From: Psammoneis japonica
Lineage: Eukaryota
NCBI GenBank assembly: GCA_008632985.1
Contig: QPGO01000082.1
Coordinates: 1 to 64,000 of the forward strand
Length of the DNA stretch: 64,000 nt
Direction: 5' to 3'
Shown here piece after piece: positions 13,401-26,732 of the stretch. The notes under the pieces are model-generated. The model made no database searches. It saw nothing but the letters and a program-made list of their open reading frames with translations, and was not told where the DNA came from. Each line of letters starts with the position of its first letter. The first letter of the stretch is position 1. The translations under genes were made by a program, and so were the position numbers.

Positions 13401-16400
13401 ACTGCTTGACAGAGTCAGAAGATGAAGACTGTGAAGACAAAGTTTGCTCAGATGACAAGCACAAAGAAGCAAATGAGATCCATGCCAATGAAAAATCTGG
13501 CCCCAATCAACAGCACAAGAGCCAAGAAGAAATTGAAGAACAAGACTGTAAAGAATGCAAAGACAACAAAGATTCAGAAGAAGATGATGAACTCCAAGAA
13601 AACACAAGAAGGGTGGGAGAAAGATTGGAGGAAGAGGAAAGAGCCACACCAGACAGAGAAGCCAGGACCGGCAAATCCTTCAACATCAAGTCATGCAAAC
13701 ACAGACAAAAGAAAGTGCAATTTGCAGGAGTGGCAGACATTGCAAAAGAGAAGCACCTGCAGAACAGACTTGAACACAGTCACCATTCATGAACAAACAC
13801 AAGCCCCAATCCAGAAGATCACATCAAGCATGATGCGGACTCCAGCATTTGTTGCATCAAAGCCCAAAAGCATTTTTTGAGAAGCAAGATGGTTGCATGA
13901 AAGGGCAAATGCTCTGCAATGGCAAACCAACCAGAGAACAGCTGGGCAAGGATGATTTCTCAATGGTGTCATTGGAGGGAATGCCAACAAGAGCCATTGT
14001 TGACACCACAGAAGGGCATGATCATGCAATGAGTGCCAGTGTGCCAAATGCATTCACACAGGCATTGATTCAGGAGCCTCAGGAAGTTGAAAACTGGATC
14101 ATGATGAAGATTGCAGGAGCGTTGGTTGACAGCATGCTGGTGAGCACTGATCCCAACCTGTGTGGACCATGGGTGATCATGGGAGAGGGAAAGAGAGTCC
14201 TCTGTGTCCAAGTCATTGGTGCCACACATGGCATGTTGGTCACAGCTCTGCTGTGGCACAAGCAATTTCGCAAGGACATGGAGAAAATTGGGCTCAAGAA
14301 CAACCCACATGGTCCATGCATTGCCAATCAAACAGTCAGTGGCAAGCAGCACACTGTGTGTTTCCATGTGGATGACCTGCTCTCAAGCCACATGAACCCA
14401 AAAGTTGATGACAAATTCCCAAGCTGGCTCAACAAAACATGTGAAAGTCATGACAAAGTTTTCACAACACAAGGGAAGAAGCATGAGTGACTGCCTTGGC
14501 CTTTGCATGACCCTGGACTTGTTCAGCCACAAAGGCAAGGTGAAGATCAAAGTGACCAACCATGTTCACAAGATGATCAACAAAAATTCCTAGAAGAGAT
14601 CAAGAGTGCAGAGACACTGCCATGATGCCAGCTGGAGAGAACCTGTTTGACACTGGTGGCACAAGATTGCTGACCAACAAAGCAAAAAAATTCCATGCGT
14701 GGGTGGCCAAGAGACCATTTGCATCCAAGAGAGGCCACATGGATGTGCACTCCACTGTTGCAGCATTGTGCACATGAGCCAGAGAGCTGACCACCAAGGG
14801 TTGGGAATGGCAGTCCATTGCATCAAGTGCCAGAACTGGACACAAAACCAAGTTGCTGCACTGAGCACAAAGGATCTCCAAGCAATCAAGTGGTGGTGGA
14901 TGTGCCATTCACAGTGCATCCTGATTTTAAGAGCCACACAGGAAGAATTGTGACCATGGGCAATGGAGCATGCAGGCCATGTCAAAATGCCAGAAGCTCA
15001 ACACCCATGGCAGCACAGAGGCTGAACTCATGGGAGTCAATGATGCAATGATGACCATGACACTGTGGATGAAGTTGTCCATGGAGCATCAAGGCCACCA
15101 ATTGACAAGAATCTCCTGCACTGGGACAACAAAAGCACCATGCCATTGGAAACAAATGGGTGGAGGATTGCCAAAAGCAGTCCAGAGCACTCAACATTTG
15201 GCACTTCTTTTGTTGCTGATCAGACAAAGAAGGGCAATTTCAGAGTGCGGCATCCAACCAACAACATGCTTGGAGACTTCATGACTGAGTTGCGCAAGGC
15301 AAGAAGTTTTGAAAGTTCAAACAAGCCATCATGGCTTTTAACTTTAAGCACAACAAGAGCATTTCCTGTTTGTGACATCAGATGAGAATTCTGATGCATG
15401 TGGGTGAAAGATCTCTGCGACCTGGAAGATGTCATGAACCACAAGGTTCAACCAGTCATGGTTTGTCCCAGCAGCATTTTGGTCTTTGAAAACCATCAAC
15501 CATGGCATGAGATCAACAAGAATGAGCATGCTGTGCTGCATGACACAACAACCTGGCAGTGGCTGTTGGGCTGTTGGTGTCTCACATGCTTGATGAAGGA
15601 GAGAAGACAAGCAGCTTCAAACAAAGATTGCAGCAGAGCACTGAAAAAGGTAATCCAGGGCAAAAAGTGCAAAGAGGAAGTCAACTGATGACCTGATCAT
15701 CACTGTGACATCACAGATCTGTCTCATGTGGGAGATGTTGTTGAAGAAATGAAAAAAGATTCATGGACACACATTCCCACAGGGGGAACAGATGATTCTC
15801 TGGTTTTGAGGAAGACCAGTGGATGAACAGGCACCAGTTGATGAGAAAAGCACACAAAGAAATGCCACAGCAAAGCCCCAAAAGGTGCAAGCACACATCC
15901 ACCACTGCGGCATTGTTCTCCATCCCCACAATGATCCAAGGGAAGCATCTAAAAAAAATGAAGAATGTGCTTGCAGAGCACACAAGACTAAAAATCAATT
16001 TTGGCAAGTTGTTGGAGGCGAGCATTGAGGCAAGGCAAACCACATGTGTCACAGACAAGATGTTGATGGCAAGGAGCACATGAGAAATGAGTGCATTGCT
16101 GGATCAGCGGGCAATGAGTTGTGATCAGCCCTGGACAAGAACAACATCTGTGGTGTGTGCAAGATGCCAAGAGTCAGTTTCTCCCTCTGTTGCATGGACA
16201 AATGTGGAGTGCATGTGGCAATCTCATGCAACTCATTGGAGTTCTGGTGTACAAGGAGTCATTGCTGACTTGTGAGTGACACAGTGGCATTGTTTGTGAC
16301 GCCAGGAAGTTGGAGTTGTTCTTCCACCACTGCACAAACCATGTGAACCCCATGTGTGGGGGTGGCTCTGCAACGGAGTGGAGTTTTTTGATTTTGCTGC

Positions 16401-16720
16401 CAAGAAAGTCAATGGCTGGATTGTGAACATGATTGATGGTCTGCACAGTGCTGTTGCAGAAAAGAGATTTTGCCAGCATGCTCGTCTGGAGCATTGCACA
16501 GAATGTGTCTGAGACACATCGCACACTTGTTCATGACATGACACATGGTTGATTGTTCTGATGATGGTGGGTGGTGCACTGGTTTGCACATTTCAAGAGT
16601 TGCAGAACATCAGCTGTGGGGCAACAGGTGAGCATGATGCCAATTTGGCCGCTGCACCAGGGGGACCCCCTTTTCCCCTCTGTGCCAGCCAGTGGAACAT
16701 CGGCGCAAGTGGCAGGAGTG

Positions 16721-17010
16721 TGCTGAAGCACCCAGATCATGGGAAATGCAAAGAGCCTGGATGTGTTGAAGGAAAGACACTGTGGCTCCTGACATGGCTC
16801 ATTTGACAACTTTTGTTGAGCAAGACTTCATTGTCACTGATTTTCTCACCTTTTTTTCATCTCACTCTTTGGAGCGAATCACACTTGGTTTGCACGTTTG
16901 TGCAATTCGTCACATTTAGCATCAGCAGCCACCTGGCATTGTGTGAGTTTGCAGTTTGCATTGACACCTTTGGCAACCCACAGCCACTGCAGACTGCCAA
17001 AGCAAGTGTG
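16721..17010 (+). repeat. 3' LTR
   Basis: Starts with TG directly after purine-rich ggcaggagtg (PPT-like) and is homologous to 10129-10414. No target-site duplication found, so the two LTRs may come from related but separate insertions. Confidence 0.78.
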
Positions 17011-17405
17011 CACAGGAAGCCCAGAGGGGCTCACTTTTGGCGACATTGGCTTGCTGGCTCAACACCCTTCTTTGAGTCATCGATGATGGATGATGACTGC
17101 TGCACAGCAGCTGGTTTTGACAGTTGCAGCACAACAACAAATTTTTCCAGACGAGTTTTTCCCATTCATTCCTTTTTTTTGGGGTTTGAAATCAAATCTG
17201 CTTGTCATAAAACTCTCATGACAGCTGACGGCTGATCTGTGAATCCCGCCCCCCCCTCGGCGCCCGTCCGTCCTTCCCATGCCTTCCTTTTCCCGCCATT
17301 TTGGCAAATTTTGGATTTCTCATCGTTCGTCCCGGAGCGACAACAACACACATCTTTTACCTTATCGATGCTACTCGTGCTGCAGGTTGTTTGTTGAAGG
17401 TCAAA

Positions 17406-18847
<1,442 letters not shown>

Positions 18848-18970
18848 CGCCACGACGTTATACGGTTACTGGTTGGGGTTTACTCTAGTAGATAGAAACA
18901 ATAGTAAGAGGAAAGGTATGGGCACTCTTGTAATTAGCTTGTGGTCAGGGTTAATTATAGTTCAAAGCCT

Positions 18971-19802
18971 TTAGAAGAAGCCGACCTTCTTCTTTTCTTC
19001 ACTCTTGCTCTCCTTGGACTTATCGGTCTCCGCCGATCCGAATCCCATGCTCTTCATTTTGCTTCCTGCACCCATGGCTTCGTTCTTGAGAAGTGCCATT
19101 TCGACTGCTGTCTTGCCCCAGTCCGCACCGTGGTTGTTATCCCCGACGACCTTGATTTGACCTGTTCTTCGTTGAGGCAAGTCAAAACACCAAAAATGAC
19201 AGGAGTGGTCGTTTGAAGTCCGACATTCATTATTCCTGAAGAGACTGCTTCAGATATGTACTCAAAGTGAAGCGTTTCGCCCTTGATGAGACCCCGGCGC
19301 AAATGATTGCATCGACTGTACCGCTAAGAGCCAACAGACGAGCTGCAAGGGGAAGCTCAAACGCTCCGGGAACCTCAGTTTCAAATATGTTTTCTTCCTT
19401 CACTTTGCATTCTTTGAGAGCGCCTTTGGTACCTTCCACTAGATTCGACACGTGTTCATTGTTCCAACGAGTGCGAATAATGCCGATGCGGATGTCAGTG
19501 CCATCCAAGTCACCAAAGGAGACCTCGCTTTCAGCACCCATCTACAAAGAGATATATATAGAAGAACAAATTAGAGCTTAGACAAAGCTAAAACGAAGAG
19601 AACTCGCGTATCGAGAGGCAGCTTCCCATGAGAATTCACGCCAGCTGTCGCGTTTCGTCGCGGCGGCTTGAGGAGAAACGAGAAACTCCATACAACGTAC
19701 CTTCAGCGATACAGGAGGTCGGAGAAATGCGCGGGAAGGCGTAAAACCTGAAATACCCGTCACGACGGATGCAAACAGAAGCAAGAAGGCTCGAGAAATC
19801 AT
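18971..19802 (-). CDS. ribH: 6,7-dimethyl-8-ribityllumazine synthase, plastid-targeted; 1 intron, two apparent 1-bp frameshifts
   Basis: Signal peptide ending ISG-FTP, intron 19542-19700, and [49 protein letters not shown] motifs. Frame breaks near 19291 and 19142. Confidence 0.92.
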
Positions 19803-20148
19803 TGTCGACACGATGAGATATTGAATATGCGACGAGGAGACAACGAACAACGACAAAAAAATGATGAGGCGGCGAATGCGAGAAAAAAGAAAGATCGCGA
19901 AAAACTCGCGCCAACCTGGCGGGGGGCAGACGCACTACGTACATGCTGGTACGTTTCTACACGACCACCTGGTGACGTCACTTTTTTGAAAAATCTCCGC
20001 TCACTTTTTTGGCAACGGCTCACAGCGAAGCGGCGAAAGACTTGACACTGAAAAGTGGATGCAACTCGCTCTGTTAGACTAATTGTGCGTTGTTGTTGGC
20101 AACACGACGCTTCATCCACTTCGAAAATAACGAGAAGTGAGCGGAAAA

Positions 20149-21489
20149 ATGGTCAGCGCAACTCTTTGTGCTCTTCGACGACCTGTGACAGTGTTCCTCA
20201 ATTGCGCACGTCTAGACTATGACAAAAAGTTGAACTTTTCTCGGTTGAAGTCCATCACGGATTTCGTTCGACACGAAATGGACTATGTTCGCGATCCTGA
20301 CGATCTGTTGGAGAAGGTAAGTCTGGCAACATAAGTTTTGGGTTTGGCTATTTTAAGCGTAGTAGAGCTAACTTCGTCGTGACTTTTGTTTCCGTTGTTT
20401 CTACACTATATAGGTTCAAGGAGCAGAAATTGTAATCACGAAAGAAATGGAGGTACCAAAGTCGGTGTTTCTCGAGTTTCCTGCGTCCGTTAAACTCCTC
20501 TGTGAGGCGGGAACAGGTTTCAATAACTTGCCCGTGAAAGAAGCTAGGGAACGAGGTGTCATGGTGAGTGCAAGCTGCTTTGTCAAATCATTTCTGTCGA
20601 CCGTTCTACTTGTAGTTGTTAGCCAATGTTGTTGCCAGTGAATTCTCAAATCGTTGCTGCGCATGCATTTTTGAATTCAGGTTTGCAACATTCCAACATA
20701 CAGTACAGATGCGGTCGCTCACATGGCAATTACACACTTGATGAACCTGAGTTGCTCCATGATTGCTCAACAACGCATGTTGTTTGCAAATGATCGCGCC
20801 AACTTCACTGGTCCTTTCACCCTGCCCTTGATGGAACTCAATGGCAAAACTTTGGGACTAGTTGGCGGCAGTGGTCTGATTGGTAGCCGAGTAGCCGCAA
20901 TAGCGTTGGAGTTAGGTATGAAGATTATCATTAGCACACGACGAGGCAGTCTCCCGGCGGGCCACCGACTCGCGGGAAACCCAAACGTTACGGCGGTTGG
21001 AGACGTGGAGGAGATGCTTCCACAGTGTGACTATGTCAGTATTCATTGCCCGCTAAACGATGAAACGCGAGGTTTCTTTGGTAGAAAGCACTTTGAACTG
21101 ATGAAACCTACAGCCTTCTTTGTCAACACGGCACGCGGTGCCATCTGCAACGAGCCAGAGTTGATCGAGTGTCTCAAGGAAGGCGTGATTGCTGGTGCCG
21201 GCTTGGTGAGTAGTGAAAGTGACTTTTAAGAGAATCTTGCTCCCCGTCTTAACTTTAAACCTTTCATTCTAACTTATATTTCCATGTTTCTCTTGTAAAG
21301 GACGTGACCGTAGGCGAGCCGCCCGAAATGGATTCAGAGCTCTGGAATTTGCCCAATGTCACATTGACTCCACACATTGGATGGAGAAGAATCGAAACGC
21401 GTCAACGCTTGGTAGACATGACAGCCGATAATGTGGAAGCCTATATCAAGGCAAAAGATGAATCCGAAATGATAAATGTTGTCAACTAA
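20149..21489 (+). CDS. D-isomer-specific 2-hydroxyacid dehydrogenase (glycerate dehydrogenase/hydroxypyruvate reductase-like); 4 exons
   Basis: In-frame introns at 20317-20413, 20564-20680 and 21206-21300. Motifs EAGTGFNN, NIPTYSTDAVA, GLVGGSGLIG, HCPLNDET, VNTARG, AGL|DV, TPHIGW. Confidence 0.92.
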
Positions 21490-21551
21490 TGATACACGCA
21501 GGTGTCTCGGGTTAGAACGCTACTCTCCGTACGTCAAATCTCTACTACAAC

Positions 21552-22482
21552 TTAACAATAAGAGAAGACTAGTTCCGCTTTCCTCTCCGTCTGGTGGTAC
21601 CGCCGCCACCAGCCGCAGGTTGAGCGGCCTGCCGGTTGCGAAGTGGGCGGAGCACCAGACGCACCCTGCTGCTGCCCTTCTGCTGGAGGCTCGGGTCCAA
21701 CACCCACTAAGTTTAGTAAGACTAGAGGGAGTAGGACATACCAATACCTCCTAAAGAAGCTCTGTTGTTGTCGCTCCTCTTCTTCGGGCGTTGGCGGAAG
21801 ACGATCGGCTCCAACAGATTCACTGCGAGGGAAGAACTTGATTCCAGCAGGCGGTTTCATTTGTGGTAACACAAGTGGAATCGTCATGCCAGGTGTAGCA
21901 GTCTCATATGATACCTTTGTGTCAAAGTCTTTCTTGCCACTTGAGATGGATAACTCCTCGCAAGGCGGTGCCAATGGCGACACAAAAGGTGTGTAAGTGA
22001 CCGACAAGAGGGATCCGCTTTGGCCCAGTGTCACGGAGATTTCGTCCCTGAAAGAAAGAATACAGAAAAGAAACAGAGAAAGCTAGGTTAAAGGGAGCGG
22101 AGGATTTTGGCTGCTAGATTCTCCCCTAAATACAGCGAAAGTCTTACCTGAAATTGGCCCGTCTGAGTTGACAGGCAGAAACACTCGTCATAACTTCTAC
22201 GTTCTTTGCCTCGTCTACAACTTTGAGCTGATACAGACCCGTGTCCATCATGTTCTTCACATCCTCTTCTCCCAATGAGACGATATTTTCGACTCGCACA
22301 GCGAGCCCGTCACTTTCGCTACTTGCATCTACAACGAAGCTTCCCCGTTTGGTGAAATCATTCCCGTTGACGGAATGATACAAAGCCAAGTTCTTCTCTG
22401 CAGCAGCGTCAGCAAATTGTGTTGCACACCCCGTCACCGCCGCGACTGCGAAGAACAGGCTACCGATGCCAGCGCGACCCAT
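21552..22482 (-). CDS. EMC10: ER membrane protein complex subunit 10-like; 2 exons
   Basis: Signal peptide, SVSACQLRRANFR|DEISVTL (intron 22048-22147), QSFFRRYWYVLLP followed by a TM segment. An alternative-frame end AAQPAAGGGGTTRRRGKRN* suggests an indel near 21628. Confidence 0.75.
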
Positions 22483-23345
22483 GCTGATGTTTTCTGCTGC
22501 CTCTGAACGCTCTGTGTCCTTACAACAATTGAATACCGGTACGGTAGAGCCTTTCTCGCTCGTCTTCGTTTTTTTTTCTTGTGATGGTTGCTGGTTGCTG
22601 GTTGCGTGCTCGATGTTGCCTTTGTGTCTTGCTGTCTGTTTTTAGTTGCGAACGTGTCCTACCGTAGGTACGGGAGTCATGGCTACTGTGAATAATCTAC
22701 ACACTGAGAGCTACTCTCTTAGATTGCCTCATCTAACTACTCCCTACTCCAGCTCTAACTAGCGAAAGGCTACCCACTTTCCATTTAGCAGACTCTCTAC
22801 TTTCTCTAGTCCTAAGCAGGATGGATCATGATTGAAATGGAGGTGGCCGCCTCGAAGGATCAAGGACCGACAGCTTCATGCTGCAGGTGTGGTGAATTTC
22901 TGGCAGCCCTCTAGCAGCGTCCGGTGAACCGAAGGTCGTGCAAGGTGGCGGCTCTCGACAGATGGACACAATTACGATCTAGTTTCTGGTTGATAGATAC
23001 AGTATGGATGCGCAAGCTTGCGACGTGGATGTCTGAGGTGTCTTTCTCTTTTTTCCCACCGCAAAATCCAAAATGCGTTCTCTCTCCAGGTCGCAAAGAG
23101 ATCCCACCTTCACGTTAGCTACTATTCCATTTATCTTTTCTATCAATTCTATTCTGTCCATTCTCATCTATGATCTTGCGTTCTTGAAACTACACATTTA
23201 TTTTGTCTATTCTTATCTATGATCTTGCGTTCTAGAAACTGCGCAGTCCACGGTGAAACACACAGCGCCAGCATGCCAGATTCCATTCTTTCGTCATCCA
23301 ACTTTGAAGAAGGTACAACATTCTTTTCCTTTTCTATTCTATTTT

Positions 23346-23657
23346 CTAGTCATATGCTCTTGAATCGACAAAGTGCCCCCAGTCATCATTCATTGGACCT
23401 TGTCGTCCGTCGTTGTTTGAGGTCGAAGGGAATTTTCCAGCTTGATGAGAGCTCCCCACCATCGACAACGTCATTCCAATTCCCGTACGTAGAAAGCACG
23501 GCTGCTCCGTCCAACCCGTAGATTTATCAGACGACGCCGATAGAGAGGACACTGATCGCCGAAAGCCATCCGACAAACTTTTCTCGGTAGAGGTGCCAGT
23601 GCTCGGTCGAAACGTGTACGTGCGATCTTGAAAACGCTTTGGAATTGACTCTGACAT
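23346..23657 (-). CDS. Small hypothetical protein
   Basis: 103 aa ATG-initiated, Ser-rich ORF ending DDWGHFVDSRAYD. No recognised domain. Confidence 0.4.
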   Translation of the reverse strand: MSESIPKRFQDRTYTFRPSTGTSTEKSLSDGFRRSVSSLSASSDKSTGWTEQPCFLRTGIGMTLSMVGSSHQAGKFPSTSNNDGRQGPMNDDWGHFVDSRAYD

Positions 23658-24255
23658 GGTGATGATTTTGACTTTTCAGCGTTGCTCAGCAAGTGATCAT
23701 AGAGTTGATTTGCATTTTACTTGTTGCTTGTTGGTCGCTAAAAAAAGTGAGACGACTGGAGGCAGGGCGTGCGTTGGATCTACCATACGTCACTCTCTGT
23801 CCCTCGGAGTATCCGTGTGGATATAATGCTACTACAAGAAATGTAGGTTGTATATTTCAGAAAGCACGACTCAATGGTACCCTACAAAATCAGACCTGCC
23901 ATCCTCATTTTTCTTCATCGATCGTCGCGCGTTTCCTCCCTCTACTGTACTCGGGTAGTCTAGCTAAGGTTTAGCTAGAAATAGCTACTCTAGAGCTATT
24001 TTATGGCTAAAGCTTGAAAGAAATAATTTCCTTGTCACATGCATGATAAGATAAGTAACAAGTTTCAATGATAATTCAGTCTGTCCCCTATTTTATTAAA
24101 CATGTATACATACAACTTTACCTTACACTTGAGACAAATGACACGAATCTCAAACAGGCCTGCAAAAAACATGTGAGCATTTGATCTATTCGATCATTGC
24201 CGTAACATGCACGTAGCTACAAAACAAAATCTTGGTCACATAGAGGTGCACAACC

Positions 24256-26118
24256 TCACATCATCAAAAACACCAACTCAATACCAAGAATTGCAAACGA
24301 TGCAAAAACCACATGGGCAGATTTCTGTCCGCTCGTAGATGTCGGTTCCAATGTGGTTATGGTATCCGCAGGTATCGGAGTCGCGGTAGGTACCAATGTT
24401 GTTGTGGGATCCGCAGGTATCGGAGACGCGGTAGTCGTGGGTGCGCTTGATGGCGTAGCGGTGTCCGAGGCGGTAGGAGACGCGCTTAAGCTCGGCGCGG
24501 CAGATGGCATAAAAGTAGGTGCATAGGACACCGTAGGTGAGACCGACGGAACCGCAGTCAGTGGAGGAGGACGTTCTGTAGGCGAAACCGACGGGACAGC
24601 AGTCAGTGGAATGTGTATGGTGGGAGAGGCCGAAGGGACCGCGGTGGGAGAAGCCGAAGGGACCGCAGTCAGTGGAATATGTACTGTGGGAGAGACCGAA
24701 GGAACCGCCGTCAGTGGAGGACGTTCCGTCGGCGAAGCGGAAGGAACGGCCGTGAGTGGAATATGTACGGTGGGAGAGAACGAGGGAACCGCTGTCAGTG
24801 GAGGACGTTCCGTCGGCGAAGCGGAAGGAGCAGCGGTGAGTGGCAATGGTGTAGGTCCAGTAGGAGGCCCAATTGGCGAGGGTGGGGTGGGTGGCGGCGG
24901 AGTGGGTGGCGGCGTCGGGGGTGGCGGAGGAGGAGTTGGTGGCGGCGTCGGAGGTGGCGGAGGAGGAGTGGGTGGCGGCGTCGGAGGAGGCGGAGGAGGA
25001 GTGGGTGGCGGTGTCGTGACAGGCTCCGGGACAGTTCCTGATCTTAACGCTGGCAACAACTGCGTCGCGTATTGATCACAGACGTTGTCAACCTCTACGA
25101 GATTCAACCTCCTATTCTGGGCCACCAACTGTCTTACCTTGCCTAAGACAAGGCGATTAACCTCTGACACCTCGATATCCAAGAGAATGTTTGTTACATT
25201 GAGACTAAAAATTGTCGGAGGCAATGGAACAGGCCGGAATGCACTAAGCATGATGGAGTCCTCAGACACTTGCCAAAGAGCTTGAAATTGCCAAGGTCTT
25301 CCGTTTGAAGGTGGCCCACCAGACGCGACCCCGTCGAGATGAGTCATCAATCGATTCACCGGGTAATCTTCGGTGCCGCTACCCCGCCAGCAGTCGTAAA
25401 GATTTACATTCTCGGGTGTCAGCGCTGTTTGTTGGCAGGTGAACGCCTGGATAAATGCTGTCACGTCCTCGCCCTCGACATCAGCACAAGCTCTCACAGC
25501 AGCAACGTTTGCTGGATCATTGTCGGGCAAGAATCCGTGGCAATTCTGGGTTTCGTCATAGTTTTGAACAAAGCAATCTCCAGCCAAGGCCAAGACTGGA
25601 CCTCTGTCCAACGCTTGTCCAACAGTGAGAGTCGTAAACTCGTTGCAGTTCGTGATGAATTCAACACCCTTGCTCTGCAGAATTGACGCAACTCTATTGT
25701 CGCAAGCACTCCCTTCCTGACACGCGGAGATCTTGAGCAAGATGAGCTCACCCTGGTTTGCTCCTGCCCAGTCCAGTGTTTCTTGTACCGCATCTTCGAA
25801 CGAGATCTCAGTTACCTCGAACGGACCGTGACGGAAGAAGATGCCACCGTTAATTTCAGCTGGCCGAAGATCAAAGGCTCGTGCTCCACAGTCAGCCTGA
25901 GCGGTCAACGATCCAACCTGGGTCTTGGCAAAGCCTACCGTAATGTCTTCCAACGGAGATTTCTCGGGCACATACCCAGTGGCAGCGTTGTGTGAGAATA
26001 CAAACGATTCTTCGTTTAGGGGCAAACTCCTCTGCAACGGCCGCTGTGCCTGCGCAGACGAAAGCCAAAAGGCCGAAGCAGCCGCCAGCCGTATGGCATG
26101 CTTCAGAAGGCTCGTCAT
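24256..26118 (-). CDS. Secreted PLC-like phosphodiesterase (PI-PLC X-box-like) with Pro/Thr-rich stalk and hydrophobic C-terminus (possible GPI anchor)
   Basis: Signal peptide, SHNAATGY and TQVGSLTAQADCGARAFDLRP X-box-like motifs, PPPTPPPT and PLTAVPSxSPT repeats, C-terminal hydrophobic tail. Confidence 0.8.
   Translation of the reverse strand: MTSLLKHAIRLAAASAFWLSSAQAQRPLQRSLPLNEESFVFSHNAATGYVPEKSPLEDITVGFAKTQVGSLTAQADCGARAFDLRPAEINGGIFFRHGPFEVTEISFEDAVQETLDWAGANQGELILLKISACQEGSACDNRVASILQSKGVEFITNCNEFTTLTVGQALDRGPVLALAGDCFVQNYDETQNCHGFLPDNDPANVAAVRACADVEGEDVTAFIQAFTCQQTALTPENVNLYDCWRGSGTEDYPVNRLMTHLDGVASGGPPSNGRPWQFQALWQVSEDSIMLSAFRPVPLPPTIFSLNVTNILLDIEVSEVNRLVLGKVRQLVAQNRRLNLVEVDNVCDQYATQLLPALRSGTVPEPVTTPPPTPPPPPPTPPPTPPPPPPTPPPTPPPPPPTPPPTPPPPTPPSPIGPPTGPTPLPLTAAPSASPTERPPLTAVPSFSPTVHIPLTAVPSASPTERPPLTAVPSVSPTVHIPLTAVPSASPTAVPSASPTIHIPLTAVPSVSPTERPPPLTAVPSVSPTVSYAPTFMPSAAPSLSASPTASDTATPSSAPTTTASPIPADPTTTLVPTATPIPADTITTLEPTSTSGQKSAHVVFASFAILGIELVFLMM
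24530..25012 (-). repeat. Coding tandem repeats: poly-Pro/Thr units and ~42 bp PLTAVPSxSPT units
   Basis: Visible in both the DNA and the translation of the 24256-26118 gene. Confidence 0.85.
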
Positions 26119-26732
26119 GGCCAGTGAATCCTTGGTTTTGTTTGCACTTTTAACACGAATGGCCATTTGGCATGTTGTGAGGTGTTGGTCGTGCAGTGCC
26201 CACGTCGTCCCCCCACAGTCTCGGAGTTTGGCGAATTTTGGAATCTATCGGCAGTTCAACGGAAACTTTACATAGGGAATTGTTAATTCTATATTATTTT
26301 TAGTATCGAATTACTGAAGGTACTTTCGAATTATATTTGTAAGCATTTGTATATATATTAACCCGTACTCACTTTTCGTAGGCAAGTACGTCATGCATCC
26401 GTTATGAATTTGAGGGACCTGGGTCACTTTTTGCACGGGGACGAAGGCGTCTTTCTCTTATCACCAAAAACTTCCTTGTCCTGGTCACACTTTACCTGAT
26501 GTACAAGATGCCACCCGGAATGACAAACCACTTGTACTCTTCGTTTCTCTTGATACTACCGGGGTACCGGTACAGCCAGTAGCCAGTGCAGCAAAACAGA
26601 GAATTTCTCGCAAGCTCCCGGCCTTGCTTGTTCCTACCTCACAGTACCTGTACGTACAGTACCGTAGTGTCAAGACTCAAGACGCAATAACATCAACGAT
26701 TACTATATTAAGAAATAGCGATTATCCCCGGT

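Larger units (their letters stand above)
10129..17010 (+). mobile_element. Degenerate Ty1/Copia LTR retrotransposon (diatom CoDi-like)
   Basis: Copia domain order: protease IILDNDSTLS (~11845), integrase HVPEVGRSVETVKE (~12795), RT (...GATHGML..ALLWHKQF, NNPHGPCIAN, CFHVDDLL, 13850-14490), RNase H (WWVDVPFTVHPDFKSHTG, QKLNTHGSTEAELMGVND, DNKST, 14880-15330). Flanked by homologous direct repeats. Many stops and frameshifts. Confidence 0.88.
6150..17230. other. Decayed repeat/transposon block strongly depleted of CpG and TpA
   Basis: Hand count at 13801-14100: 1 CG and 0 TA in 300 nt, versus 4 CG and 3 TA in 60 nt of PLRG1 (3001-3060). ORF translations are almost Tyr-free and rich in Cys, His and Gln. 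Confidence 0.9.

Noticed and set aside
6150..17230. Fungal-type RIP
   Set aside because: RIP depletes CpA/TpG and enriches TpA; the pattern here is the reverse.
6088..17300. Dozens of overlapping Cys/His/Gln-rich ORFs on both strands (also at 54.5-60.4 kb)
   Set aside because: A by-product of TpA loss, which removes TAA/TAG stops, and of TG/CA excess. They are not genes.
23160..23240. ~30 bp direct repeat tctatgatcttgcgttct.gaaact
   Set aside because: Two copies only; probably local slippage, with no further structure.
24611..25075. Gly/Val-rich and Arg/Trp-rich + strand ORFs (likewise 43846-44863 on the - strand)
   Set aside because: Antisense shadows of Pro/Thr-rich coding repeats.
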